From the NCBI GenBank assembly GCA_950097015.1, contig CATNEN010000012.1:3534001-3598000 (forward strand): DNA of 64,000 nt, in the 5' to 3' direction. The stretch is from Macrostomum hystrix. Its lineage: Eukaryota > Animalia > Platyhelminthes. The position numbers and the translations under genes were made by a program. Of this stretch, positions 27,502-39,284 are shown in pieces. Position 1 is the first letter of the stretch. Each line of letters opens with the position of its first letter. The notes below the pieces were generated by a model that was not told the origin of the DNA, did not search any database, and saw nothing but the letters and a program-made list of their open reading frames with translations.

Positions 27502-30500
27502 ATTGACCGGGGTAGTTTGGAGTGGGTGGACTGGGGTTTTCAAGTTGCGGGGGGAGGAATCACCGCCATGCGACTTCTCGGCATTGTAGTCCCCTGAGAT
27601 GATGTTTAATGGCGGGCCATTAAACATCCCCAGAGACAGCGAACATGCCAACAGTACAGCGCGAAAGTACTCACAAATGCAACTCTGACAATTCTAATCC
27701 CGAGTGTAGATATTAAGTAACGTTTTTATTATGAATTAGCCCGAAAATATTTCGATAAAAGGGGAGTGAGTAGCATAGCGGTCTTACGCGTTTGCCTCTC
27801 GGACCAAGGTCCATGATCTTGATTCCGCGGCGAGGCCACATTCGTATGGGGCGCAGACACGGAGAGAAGGCTTGGGGGCTTGTCGTGCAATTTACCCCCC
27901 CCCTTGAGGGCCAACCTCCAAGGCATAGAGTATACACTGCCTGACGATGAGAGTGTCAGGGCAGATGTGTGAGTGTGAGTGTGTGCCTGCGTACGGTATC
28001 TGTGTGCGTCGTGTGTGCTCAGGAGCCAGCGGAATGGGCAGAACTGCCTTCTCGCAGGCTGCGGGTCTAGTGTTACCAAATGATGCGCCATTGCCGCACC
28101 CCTCATGCCAATAGTTATATAAATATTACCTACGACAAAAAACTGTGGGGAGAAACTCAAATTCAGCGAGATATACTGCTCGTTTGAATTAATACAGACC
28201 GAGTGGCCTTGTTGCCTCTTTAGTGATGCTAGAGGCTCCTGCCGCTACCCCGCAGGTTCCTGGCCTCAACTCACATGGAGCCCGTGTCGGCTCGCAAGGC
28301 TTTCCCCTGCTTTGATGAGCCGGATATGAAAGCCACCTTCTATTTGGAGGTTATTCGCGATTCGCGCCACCGGAGCCTGTTCAACATGCCGCTGGTGACT
28401 AACTGGTGCTGGGACTGGTGGTGGGACTAGGGGTGGGACTAGAGGTGGGACTAGGGATGAGACTAGTGGTGGTACTAGGGGTGGGACTAGTGGCAGGACT
28501 AATGATGGGACTAGTGATGGGACTAGTGATGGGACTAGGGGTGGGACTAGGGGTGGGACTAGGGGTGGGACTAGAGGTGGGACTAGGGGTGGGACTAGGG
28601 GTGGGACTAGGGGTGGGACTAGGGGTGGGACTATAAGGTGGAACTAGGGATATGACTAGTGGTGGTACTAGGGGTGGGACTACTAGTGGGACTAGTGATG
28701 GGACTAGGGGTGGGACTAGTGATGGGACTAGTGATGGGCACTAGTGGCGGGACTAGTGATGGGACTAGGGGTGGGACTATAAGGTGGAACTAGGGATATG
28801 ACTAGTGGTGGTACTAGGGGTGGGACTACTAGTGGGGCTAGTGATGGGACTAGGGGTGGGACATGGGTTTGGGACTAGAGGTGGGACTACTAGTGGGACT
28901 AGTGATGTGACTAGGGGTGGGGCTAGTGGCGGGACTACGAGAAAAAGTGGGACTAGTAGTGGGACTGATGTGGGCCTCGTGATGGGACTATTCGGATGTG
29001 CTAATAATGTAGCTGCACCAATTTATTAGCTAACTAGCCGCAGCTGATGCTCAGTAGTTAATCGCTGCTCAATCTTTATTCCAGGCGTCCACAGTTTCTG
29101 ACAATCGATGCAGCCACCTGAGCAACCAGTCTGATTGCTACAGAGACATATTCAAGACCTCTGTAATTATGAGCACCTACTTAGTGGCCTATGCCGTGCT
29201 GCCGCTAGACTATGTCTCACTGCAGAAGGTCGTGAAAACCAACCGCGGCTCTATTGAAGTGAGCCGGCACTGCTCTTCTGGGGCTGGAAACCTGCGGCCA
29301 GCGGGACTGATACCACAGCAGATGTACAGCTAGCAAACCTATTGTATCCAGCACTCAACCTTCCCTGTCTCATCTCTTAACTGTCTCATCTCTCCCCAGT
29401 CTCACTCTTCTCTGTTTTTTCTTTTCTCCTTTGTCTCACACCTCTAGGGGTGTGACTCACACCTCTGTCTCATCTCTCCCCTGTCTCATCTCCCCCCTGT
29501 CTCATCTCTCCCCTGTCTCATCTCTCCCCTGTCTCATCTCTCCCCTGTCTCATCTCTCCCCTGTCTCATCTCTCCCCTGTCTCCCCTCTCACCTGTTCCA
29601 TCTCTCCCCTGTCTCATCTCTCCCCTGTCTCCCCTCTCACCTGCTCCATCTCTCCCCTGTCTCATCTCTCCCGTGTCTCATCTCTCCCCTGTCTCATCTC
29701 TCCCCTGTCTCCCCTCTCACCTGCTCCATCTCTCCCCTGTCTCATCTCTCCCCTGTCTCATCTCTCCCCTGTCTCATCTCTCCCCTGTCTCATCTCTCCC
29801 CTGTCTCATCTCTCCCCTGTCTCATCTCTCCCCTGTCTCATCTCCCCCCTGTCTCATCTCATCTAGTATTATATCTCCCGTGTATTATCCCCCATTTTCT
29901 TTAACTCTTAACAAACAAAACCGGGACAACATAGGATTTTAGTTTCCATGCTAAGGCAAAGACAGCACAGGACTCGCGATTCAAGATGATAGTCACTAAA
30001 AATTTTTACCCGCTCCGCAGGTCGGCATTTGGGCTCCGTCGCACGCTCAAAACCAGCTTGACTTCGCCATGAGCGTCACGGAGAAAGTGCTGCCCTACTT
30101 TGAGGATCTCTTCAATCTGTCGTATCCTCTGCCGAAGCTCGGTGAGTAGCTTTCTTGGGAGGGCGGGTGAATTTCCCATGGCTTCTGAGTACTGAACTCA
30201 GTTGATCCAGATAGGACCTGAGCAGTCTACTCATACCGAAAACGGATATCTCAAGATTTGTTGCCCTCTTAAAGGTTCGACTTAATAAACGACGTTTCAA
30301 GTTAAACTACTCGTATAATCGATGCTTCCTGTCTAAGATTTGCTTCCTTCATGAAGACAGAATTGAGAACTACTCAACTGAGCACAGCAGCTTCAATTAT
30401 CGCCTGATATTTTGCAAGCCGGCAGCGAAATGGAGACGGCTCTGAGAACAGCCAAACGAGGGGATCAATTTCCCATTTAGTTCGTGCCTCGATGCATCCC

Positions 30501-33500
30501 AGCGACTAAAATTTCTCCCCTTCCAGGTCCCCTTACTTTCTTTTGCGAAAGAATCCCCGAGGCATTAAACTGAAGTCTCCCATCTGTGAATTGTTCTCCA
30601 CTTTCAGACATGATTGGCGTGCCAGACTTTTCAGCTGGCGCTATGGAAAACTGGGGCCTCATAATCTACAGGTTCGCCACGCTTCTGTACGACCCGGCCT
30701 ACACAACCACACTGGAGAAGCAGAACGTGGCCGAGGTCATCGCGCACGAGATTGCGCATCAGGTGGGGGATGCAATTTATACTCGTACAGAAACTCGGCT
30801 GCTGAACTGGAGGCCTTGAGATGCTGTACTCACATTATAGGATGATATGCTAGATACATAGAAATGGCACTCCTGATGAGTTCCTCCATGAACTGGAATT
30901 GAAATGAGAAATGAGGCAGGAGAGAGATGAGACAAGTGAGAGATGAGACACGTGAGAGATGAGACAGGGGAGAGATGAGACCGTTAGGAGATGAGACAGG
31001 GGAGAGATGAGACAGGGGAGAGATGAGACAGGGGGAGAGATGAGACAGGGGGAGAGATGAGACAGGGGAGAGATGAGACCGTTAGGAGATGAGACAGGGG
31101 AGAGATGAGACAGGGGAGAGATGAGACAGGGGAGAGATGAGACAGGGGAGAGATGAGACACTTAAGAGATGAGACAGGGGGAGATGAGACAGTTAAGAGA
31201 TGAGACACGGGAGGAGATGGGACAGACTAGAGATAAAATACGGGATAGATGAGACAGGGGAGAGATGAGACAATTAAGAGATGAGACGCTGGAGGGATGA
31301 GACATGGGGGAGATGAGACAGTTAAGAGATGAGACGCTGGAGGGATGAGACATGGGGGAGATGAGACAGTTAAGAGATGAGACGCTGGAGGGATGAGACA
31401 TGGGGGAGATGAGACAGTTAAGAGATGAGACACGGGAGGAGATGGGACAGACTAGAGATAAAATACGGGAGCGATGAGACAGGGGAGAGATGAGACAGTT
31501 AGGAGATGAGACAGGGGAGAGATGAGACAATTAAGAGATGAGACGCTGGAGGGATGAGACATGGGGGAGATGAGACAGTTAAGAGATGAGACGCTGGAGG
31601 GATGAGACATGGGGGAGATGAGACAGTTAAGAGATGAGACGCTGGAGGGATGAGACATGGGGGAGATTAGACAGTTAAGAGATGAGATACGGGAGGAGAT
31701 GGGACAGACTAGAGATAAAATACGGGAGAGATGAGACAGGGGAGAGATGAGACAGTTAGTAGATGAGACAGGGGAGAGATGAGACAGTTAGGAGATGAGA
31801 TACGGGAGAGATGAGACAGTTAAGAGATGAGACACGGGAGGAGATGGGACAGACTAGAGATAAAATACGGGAGAGATGAGACACGGGAGTGATAAAACAG
31901 GTGAGAGGTGAGACAGGGTAGACAGTGTAGATTATGAGAATGGGTAGAGATAAGACATTAGAAGAGTTGAAACAGCTGAGACAGGGAAGGAAGCTCAAAG
32001 GCTCAGAGGTTAAAAGCTGTGCATGTGCTATAAACTATTACATGAATGCTTCGAACTTCACAGTGGTTCGGCAACATTGTCACAATGAAGTGGTGGGATG
32101 ATCTTTGGCTTAATGAGGCATTCGCCCTGTTCACTCAGTACATCGGTGTCGACGCCTTCAAGCCGGATTGGAACATGGTGAGTTCAATTTCAACTGAAGT
32201 GAAACGTGCAGCTCGCCACCTATCATTTGCGCTCATCTCAACCGATTTCATGCTCAGATGGACCGGTGCTACGTGGAGTTCGTGGCGAACGCCCTTCAGA
32301 CAGACAGCCTGATGAACTCGCACCCGATCATTGTGGCCGGCGTCTCCGACACCAGCGACATCGAGTCAATCTTTGACGATATCAGCTACTTTAAGGGCAG
32401 CGCCCTGATTCGCATGCTTGAAGGTGTGATTGGCAGGCGAGCTCTCAAGCAGGGCTTAATTATCTACCTGAACAGGTTCGCTTGGCAGAATGCGGCCAGC
32501 TCCGACCTGTTTACTGCATTCAGTGAGGTGAGATTAGGCGCATAAAGTTTGCGTGGCCTTTGACTATTTCGTCAAGCTGATACTTCCTCTATAGAACCCA
32601 AGGTCATTTGCCACGCGCCATTCGCGTGATTACTAAATAATTTTTTTGCATGGCCAGGCCTTAACAGTAGGACCACCAAGCCATTTCGCGCCCGTTTTCA
32701 TTCCAAGTGGGGCATTTCCCCCAATCCCTTGACATTTTTCTTGGCAGCGACTGAATGCTAACAGCGCTAGGTTGACAGACTAAGCAATGGTGTCCTGTGG
32801 TTGAGCTGCCCCTAATATTATGGCTTAAGCTGTGATATTGAAGAAATTCGCGTCAGGGTGTCCAGAGTGGCCTATTTCCACCTGTTGTAGCCCTTGAAGG
32901 TCCAGCAGTCCGTCTAAATAAAGCTAGGTGACCACCGAAGACGGAGATGATGCAGGCACACTCGGGTGACATGCTGATCAATTTGAAGGCCTGGCAAGGC
33001 CGCACTGAGGCGCAGTGCTAATTAGTGTATAGTGGTGTATGAAACACACTAGCGCTTATGGGAAAAATCGGACCTTCGGCCAGAAACATTGAATATATCG
33101 ACGGTCTGTAGGGCTGGCGACTCGATTTTTGTTTCAGAAGTTGCGCAACAAAAAGTTGGCCTGCATTCTTGAGTTTCATGTGCTTGCGTGTGCTTGGTTT
33201 TCTCAGATATTCCTTCGCAGGCACTTCTTTGCAACACCAATCTGCCTATCACGTGATGTTTACTTATGTACTCGTAAAATTGCACCTATGGCTATTTGTC
33301 ACGTGATGTTTGCTGAACTATCTGATTGGCTTTCTACTCGTAATAATAGCACCGAGGCCACTCGCTGCGCGATGGAAATTTTTTATAGTCTCTAATCTAC
33401 TATTTTATTGGGCTATAAGGTCGAGTCAGTATTGTAATTCGTATGTTAATATAAAGCTCTTACTAACATACGAGTACTATAGTATACCTGGATTTAACTA

Positions 33501-36500
33501 ATTACTTTCCGCGCAGAGTTTCCGTAAGGCTTGTGTGGCTGATCGCTTGAAGACAAATATATAAATCTGATTCCCCCTGGGCAGTAGCCAGTAATTTCAG
33601 CGAGCACAGAGTACATTCAGCCGCAAATAGCAGACGTCAGGAGAATGGAAAACTCGATTAAAGCATCAATCATAATCTAAGCAAGCCTCGTTCGCACAGG
33701 CCTACATGAAAGTCAACAACAAGTCCGGCCCGCACGCCAATAGCCCGGTGCAGAATCTAACTCGCGTGATGGACACCTGGACAACTCAGGTGAATTATCC
33801 GCTGGTGACTGTGCGGATTCGTGGCGCAAAACTGCACTTTAAACAGGAGAGATTCCTGTTGGTGGCCAACACCAACGACTCCGCGGCACTACCGACTCTG
33901 CCTGACAGCAAGGACGCTGGGTGAGCCGCGAGTGTTCCATAGGTGACCCACACACTCCCGAGTGATCTAGAGCAAACCCACACTCTCCCGAGTGATCTAG
34001 AGCTAATCCACACACTCCCCGAGTGATCTAGAGCTAATCCACGCACTCCCCGAGTGATCTAGAGCTAATCCACACACTCCCCGAGTGATCTAGAGCTAAT
34101 CCACACACTCCCCGAGTGATCTAGAGCTAATCCACACACTCCCCGAGTGATCTAGAGCTAACCCACACACTCCCGAGTGATCTAGAGCTAATCCACACAC
34201 TCCCGAGTGATCTAGAGCTAATCCACACACTCCCGAGTGATCTAGAGCAAACCCACACTCTCCCGAGTGATCTAGAGCAAACCCACACTCTCCCGAGTGA
34301 TCTAGAGCAAACCCACACTCTCCCGAGTGATCTAGAGCAAACCCACACTCTCCCGAGTGATCTAGAGCAAACCCACACACTCCCGAGTGATCTAGAGCAA
34401 ACCCACACACTCCCGAGTGATCTAGAGCAAACTCACACACTCCCGAGTGATCTAGAGCAAACTCACACACTCCCGAGTGATCTAGAGCAAACCCACACAC
34501 TCCCGAGTGATCTAGAGCAAACTCACACACTCCCGAGTGATCTAGAGCAAACCCACACTCTCCCGAGTGATCTAGAGCTAATCCACACTCTCCCGAGTGA
34601 TCTAGAGCAAACCCACACTCTCCCGAGTGATCTAGAGCAAACCCACACTCCCCGAGTGATCTAGAGCAAACCCACACACTCCCGAGTGATCTAGAGCAAA
34701 CCCACACTCTCCCGAGTGATCTAGAGCAAACCCACACTCTCCCGAGTGATCTAGAGCAAACCCACACTCTCCCGAGTGATCTAGAGCAAACCCACACTCT
34801 CCCGAGTGATCTAGAGCAAACCCACACACTCCCGAATGATCTAGAGCAAACCCACACTCTCCCGAGTGATCTAGAGCAAACTCACACACTCCCCGAGTGA
34901 TCTAGAGCAAACCCACACACTCCCGAGTGATCTAGAGCAAACTCACACACTCCCGAGTGATCTAGAGCAAACCCACACTCTCCCGAGTGATCTAGAGCTA
35001 ATCCACACTCTCCCGAGTGATCTAGAGCAAACCCACACTCTCCCGAGTGATCTAGAGCAAACCCACACTCCCCGAGTGATCTAGAGCAAACCCACACACT
35101 CCCGAGTGATCTAGAGCAAACCCACACTCTCCCGAGTGATCTAGAGCAAACCCACACACTCCCCGAGTGATCTAGAGCAAACCCACACACTCCCGAGTGA
35201 TCTAGAGCAAACCCACACTCTCCCGACTGATCAACGGCTAAACATCTCATAATGGTGCCAATGGTGAATATCTATCCTTCAGACCCTACGGCTTCAAGTG
35301 GATCATTCCCATCAGCTACATCACAGACCGACTGTCGGAGCCCCAATGGGTCTGGATGGATCTCCAGGAGGAAGTCACCCTAGAGCTGGATCATCGGCCG
35401 AAGTTCGTGAAGATCAACTATAACCAGACGGGACTGTACCGCTGCAGCTACGAGACATCAAACTGGTTGGAGCTTATCAGATTGAGCCGGGAGGTGGGTG
35501 ATGTTTCAAGTGCTATTATGTAATATATATACCTTTGTTATCAGTGACATTTTCCAACCTGATAATTATTGCCTGCACACACTAGGGCTACTTCGATAGT
35601 ACCGACGTGGCCGGCCTTCTAAACGATGCGTTTACAATGGCTTAGTGAGTAATTGTGATGCTACAACTACAATAATTCTTGTACTGTCTACAACTTGCAG
35701 CTACCAACGATATTAATATTCTTGCATCAAATAATATAACTAGAACTATAGTAAAAAATGCATCACTACTAATACCAAAGGGGCTGAGTGGAAGAGCAGT
35801 CTAATGTGTTTGCCTCTCGCATCACTGAGCTCGATTCCGCGGCGAGGCCACATTAATTTGGGGCGCAGCCGTGGAGAGAAGGCTTTGGGGCACGTCTTAA
35901 AGTTTTCGCCCTTTGAGGCCCATCTGCGAGGCACAGTGATGAGAAAGTCAGGGCAGATGTGCACACCTGTGTGAGCGTATGCCTGCGTACTACTGCTACT
36001 GCTACTGCTACTGCTGCTACTGCTACTGCTACTGCTACTGCTACTGCTACTGCTACTGCTACTGCTACTGCTACTACTGCTACTGCTACTGCTACTGCTA
36101 CTACTGCTACTGCTACTGCTACTGCTACTGCTACTGCTACTGCTACTGCTACTGCTACTGCTACTGCTACTGCTACTACTACTGCTACTACTACGGCTAC
36201 TACTACTAGTAACACTGCCACGCCTGCTTCATTCGCCCATCCCAGTATCAATAGGTTGAACATCTCGGTGCCCATGGAGCTGTTTGAAACTCTTCAAGAC
36301 GACCGTCTTGAATCCGCCACGCCCTGGTCCATAGCCATGCGCAAGGTGAGCGAAATTGTGCCCCTGCTGGCGGACGACCCCGAATCCGAGATCAACCTGG
36401 CCAAATTCATTGTGAAGATTCTGAACAAACCGTTGAGGAATATTCTCGGCAAACGGGAGGCCGACCTCACCCACATGGAGCGGTGAGGAAAGTTATCATA

Positions 36501-38911
36501 TTCCAGAATTCATAAACGTCTTCTACTAAGTACACAAATTAACACGTGCAGGATTAAGCGACAAACTCTAAATCAAATCGCCGTGATGGTGGACGAGCCG
36601 ATGGTCACAGATCTACTCTGGAGGCGCTACCAGGATTGGCGGGCGAACAGCAGCATTACGTGAGGGGTCACGTGACTGAATAAAATAGTCACAACAAACA
36701 GTCAAAACTCAGACACGAATCCATCCATCTGCTATCCAAATCCATCTGCTATCCAAATCCATCTGCTATCCAAATCCATCTGCTATCCAAATCCATCTGC
36801 TATCCAAATCCATCTGCTATCCAAATCCATCTGCTATCCAAATCCATCTGCTATCCAAATCCATCTGCTATCCAAATCCATCTGCTATCCAAATCCATCT
36901 GCTATCCAAATCCATCTGCAATCCAAATCCATCTGCTATGCAAATCCATCTTCTATCCAAATCCATCTGCTATCCAAATCCATCTGCTATCCAAATCCAT
37001 CTGCTATCCAAATCCATCTGCTATCCAAATCCATCTGCTATCCAAATCCATCTGCTATGCAAATCCATCTACAATTCAAATCCATCTGCAATTCAAATCC
37101 ATCTGCAATCCAAACTTGCAGGCTTCCCCCGGACGAGATCGATCTAGTATATCAAATCGGAGTGACTAAAGGAAATGTCAGCGATTGGGAATTCTTCAGG
37201 AAGAGACTTGGCGAAACATCTTCTTATTCTGAACTGAAGCATCAGTACTCCGCTTTGGCAACGTCCCCAGATTTAAGCATCAACTACCGGTACGGGACTT
37301 GGGGTGGCGTTTAGCGTTAGTGAGTTTAGAGTCGAGAGCCGACCAATGGGGTGGCGGGTAAGGGAGTGAGTGGAAAGTTGAGAGCGGACCAGTGGGGTGG
37401 CGGGTAAGGGAGTGAGTGGAAAGTTGAGAGCGGACCAGTGGGGTGGCGGGTAAGGGAGTGAGTGGAAAGTTGAGAGCGAACCAGTGGGGTGGCGGGTAAG
37501 GGAGTGAGTGGAAAGTTGAGAGCGGACCAGTGGGGTGGCGGGTAAGGGAGTGAGTGGAAAGTTGAGAGCGGACCAGTGGGGTGGCGGGTAAGGGAGTGAG
37601 TGGAAAGTTGAGAGCGGACCAGTGGGGTGGCGGATAAGGGAGTGAGTGGAAAGTTGAGAGCGGACCAGTGGGGTGGCAGGTGGGGGGAGTGTGTGAGACG
37701 TCGTTATAGGACCCATCGGATGGCTGGTTGTTATAGTGAGTGTAGAGTTGAGAGTAGATAATTTGAAGGCAGTTACGTGGGCTAAAAATGTTCTGTGACT
37801 CTCGTAAAAATTAAATAAATATATATTGCAGTTTGATCCAGAACCTTCTGGCCATGAAACCGATGGAGTCTCTAAACATAGCAGCCAAGCTAGCTAAGCG
37901 CAGTGGCACGATGGAGCTGCTCTGGGGCTACTTTGAGCGCAACTGGGACACCGTAATTAAACAGTTCGCAGCCGCCTTCATGTTGAGCGAGGTCACCAAA
38001 TTACCAGCCGACTTTCACAGCGAGTACGACTATGAACGGGTGAGCCAGCTAGTAACAAACCAAAACTACTCATATTAGCCAGCCAATATAACCCAACCAA
38101 CAGACTCTGATTGGTCAGCCATAATTCACCCCGAGCGACTCTCTTTGGCCAGCTAATAACCCACCTCACCGACTCTCATTGGCCAGCTAATAAACCACCT
38201 CACCGACTCTCATTGGCCAGCTAATAACCCACCTCACCGACTCTCATTGGCCAGCTAATAACCCACCTCACCGACTCTGATTGGCCAGCTGATAACTTAC
38301 CCCACCGACTCTCACTGGTCAGCCAATACAACCATACCAACAGACTATGAGACTTAGCTATAATTCACCCCACCTTCTCTGATTGGCCAGCTAATAAAAC
38401 ACCCGCGGAGCCGCGGCGCAGCCGCGGAGAGAAGGCTTGGGGGTTTGTCGTGCAGTTTACGCCCTTGAGAGCCAACCCCCAAGGCACAGTGAACAGTACA
38501 CTGCCTGACGATGAAAGAGTCAAGGCAGATGTACACACCTGTGTGAGTGTGTGCTCAATCAGCGAAATTGGCAGAATTGCCTCCTCGCTGGCTGCGGGTC
38601 TAGTGTCACCAAATGATAGGCCATTGCCTTCAACCCTCTTGCAATTATTATTATTATTATTAACTCTCATTGGCTAGTCAATAACCCAACCAAGTGACTC
38701 TGATTAGTCAGCAATTATTCCATACATTCAACCAGCAACTCGCCTGCAACTTCGCCCTCAGCTGTACAACTTCTTCACAAGCCAGCCGCTGCTGTCTGGC
38801 AAGCGCAATGCCTACCAGAGCCTCGAGATGGTGCGCGCCAACATCAACTGGATCAAGCACAACATGGCCAGCTTTAAGACCTTCATCAGACAAAAGACTA
38901 GCGGAATGTAG
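13429..38911 (+). CDS. M1-family membrane zinc aminopeptidase (aminopeptidase N/A-like), type II anchor, 17 exons, about 1034 aa
   Basis: Exons: 13429-13477, 13651-13677, 16302-16995, 28256-28394, 29085-29258, 30021-30141, 30608-30762, 32064-32177, 32258-32527, 33700-33920, 35283-35493, 35586-35644, 36246-36482, 36552-36659, 37122-37289, 37832-38039, 38762-38911. Total is 3105 nt, all GT-AG and phase-compatible. Motifs: TM segment [46 protein letters not shown]-x18-E (WLNE), ISYFKG, C-terminal VRANINWI. The first two exons are less certain. Confidence 0.95.
14815..15297. repeat. 16 bp minisatellite family TGTCTCATCTCTCCCC (copy 1)
   Basis: Direct reading; aminopeptidase intron 2. Confidence 0.95.
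16028..16293. repeat. 16 bp minisatellite GAGCAGTTGACTCACT, ~16 copies
   Basis: Direct reading; it ends ~8 nt before the acceptor AG at 16300-16301. Confidence 0.95.
17022..17385. repeat. 16 bp TGTCTCATCTCTCCCC family (copy 2)
   Basis: Direct reading; it starts ~25 nt after the donor at 16996. Confidence 0.95.
18085..27068. repeat. Intronic minisatellite, 44/46 bp unit ACTGCCTGATGATAAGACACCTTCATATCCCAGAAACTGTGTAC(AC), ~200 copies
   Basis: Direct reading; it makes up most of the 11.3 kb aminopeptidase intron 3. Confidence 0.98.
27761..28100 (+). mobile_element. tRNA-derived SINE, family A (near full length)
   Basis: The head has an A-box-like TAGCATAGCGG and a B-box-like GATCTTGATTCC. The body is shared with copies at 35780, 38405 and 47025 (GGCGCAG-C-GGAGAGAAGGC; GTCAGGGCAGATGT; GCTGCGGGTCTAGTGT-ACCAAAT). 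Confidence 0.8.
28400..28990. repeat. G-rich 12 bp minisatellite GGGGTGGGACTA
   Basis: Direct reading; it begins ~5-10 nt after the donor at 28395. Confidence 0.93.
29360..29865. repeat. 16 bp TGTCTCATCTCTCCCC family (copy 3)
   Basis: Direct reading; aminopeptidase intron 5. Confidence 0.95.
30915..31990. repeat. 16 bp family in reverse orientation (GGGGAGAGATGAGACA), with 48 bp higher-order variants (copy 4)
   Basis: Direct reading; aminopeptidase intron 7. Confidence 0.93.
32675..33190. repeat. Dispersed ~500 bp repeat, copy 1 (probable TE remnant)
   Basis: Colinear high similarity to 52940-53410 (for example CCACCTGTTGTAGCCCTTGAAGGTCCAGCAGTCC and GAAGGCCTGGCAAGGCCGCACTGAGGCGCAGTGCTAATTAGTGTATAGTGG). 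Confidence 0.9.
33945..35230. repeat. 30 bp minisatellite TCCCGAGTGATCTAGAGCAAACCCACAC(A/T)C, ~43 copies
   Basis: Direct reading; it fills aminopeptidase intron 10. Confidence 0.97.
35780..35988 (+). mobile_element. tRNA-SINE family A copy, 3' part replaced by an (ACTGCT)n microsatellite
   Basis: GGGGCTGAGTGGAAGAGCAG...GAGCTCGATTCCGCGGCGAGGCCACATT...GTCAGGGCAGATGTGCACACCTGTGTGAG. Confidence 0.8.
35988..36215. repeat. (ACTGCT)n microsatellite
   Basis: Direct reading. Confidence 0.97.
36720..37112. repeat. 17 bp minisatellite ATCCAAATCCATCTGCT, ~23 copies
   Basis: Direct reading; it runs into the acceptor CTTGCAG (37121). Confidence 0.96.
37296..37690. repeat. 46 bp minisatellite GGGGTGGCGGGTAAGGGAGTGAGTGGAAAGTTGAGAGCGGACCAGT, ~8 copies
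   Basis: Direct reading; it starts just after the donor at 37290. Confidence 0.95.
38045..38712. repeat. 34 bp minisatellite GGCCAGCTAATAACCCACCTCACCGACTCTCATT, interrupted by a SINE
   Basis: Units at 38045-38400 and again at 38662-38712. Confidence 0.88.
38405..38662 (+). mobile_element. tRNA-SINE family A copy, 5'-truncated, with an (ATT)n tail
   Basis: GGCGCAGCCGCGGAGAGAAGGCTTGGGG...TACACTGCCTGACGATGA...GCTGCGGGTCTAGTGTCACCAAATGAT, then ATTATTATTATT. Confidence 0.8.
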
Positions 38912-39284
38912 CACAGCACAGCTAAAATACTCCTACATTATATTATAGACTGAGTGCCTATTCAAGCCTAGCATTACTTGCGGCACGAATGGAGAACTCA
39001 TCTTCCAGATGTGCATCTTCGACATGCCTATTCGTTTGTCTTGCGTGAATCCATTATAAGTCCAATGCCGATTCTACTACTATAGTAGTAAGGCTTGCAA
39101 CTGAATTTAGGTAGGAAGATTCCTAAATCGAGCTCGCTTCAATACCTTGAATCTACAGATATTTGTTTTTAATCTAAATCATGGTCATGTGATTCTGTTC
39201 GATGGTCATTGGCCCCACAATTAGTTAATCTTCTAGTTAGCTGAGAAATCATCAGTTTTGTCATACCTAATTTGCCGCCTTGTC

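Noticed and set aside
27761-27840. A bona fide tRNA gene (also at 35780, 44590 and 47292)
   Set aside because: A/B-box-like motifs are present, but no complete cloverleaf or acceptor stem is evident and each head continues into a shared repeat body, so these are SINE heads.
27936-27965. Hammerhead ribozyme within SINE family A (CUGACGA)
   Set aside because: The motif is buried in its own hairpin and no conserved downstream GAAA/NUH is present across copies.
35853-36275. Poly-VA, poly-TA and poly-CY ORFs
   Set aside because: Translations of an (ACTGCT)n microsatellite in intron 12; only the portion from 36246 is a real exon.
38736-38948. Alternative last aminopeptidase exon starting at 38736 ([10 protein letters not shown]...)
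   Set aside because: The acceptor at 38761 gives the family-typical ending ([11 protein letters not shown]), whereas the 38736 frame shows no M1 similarity.
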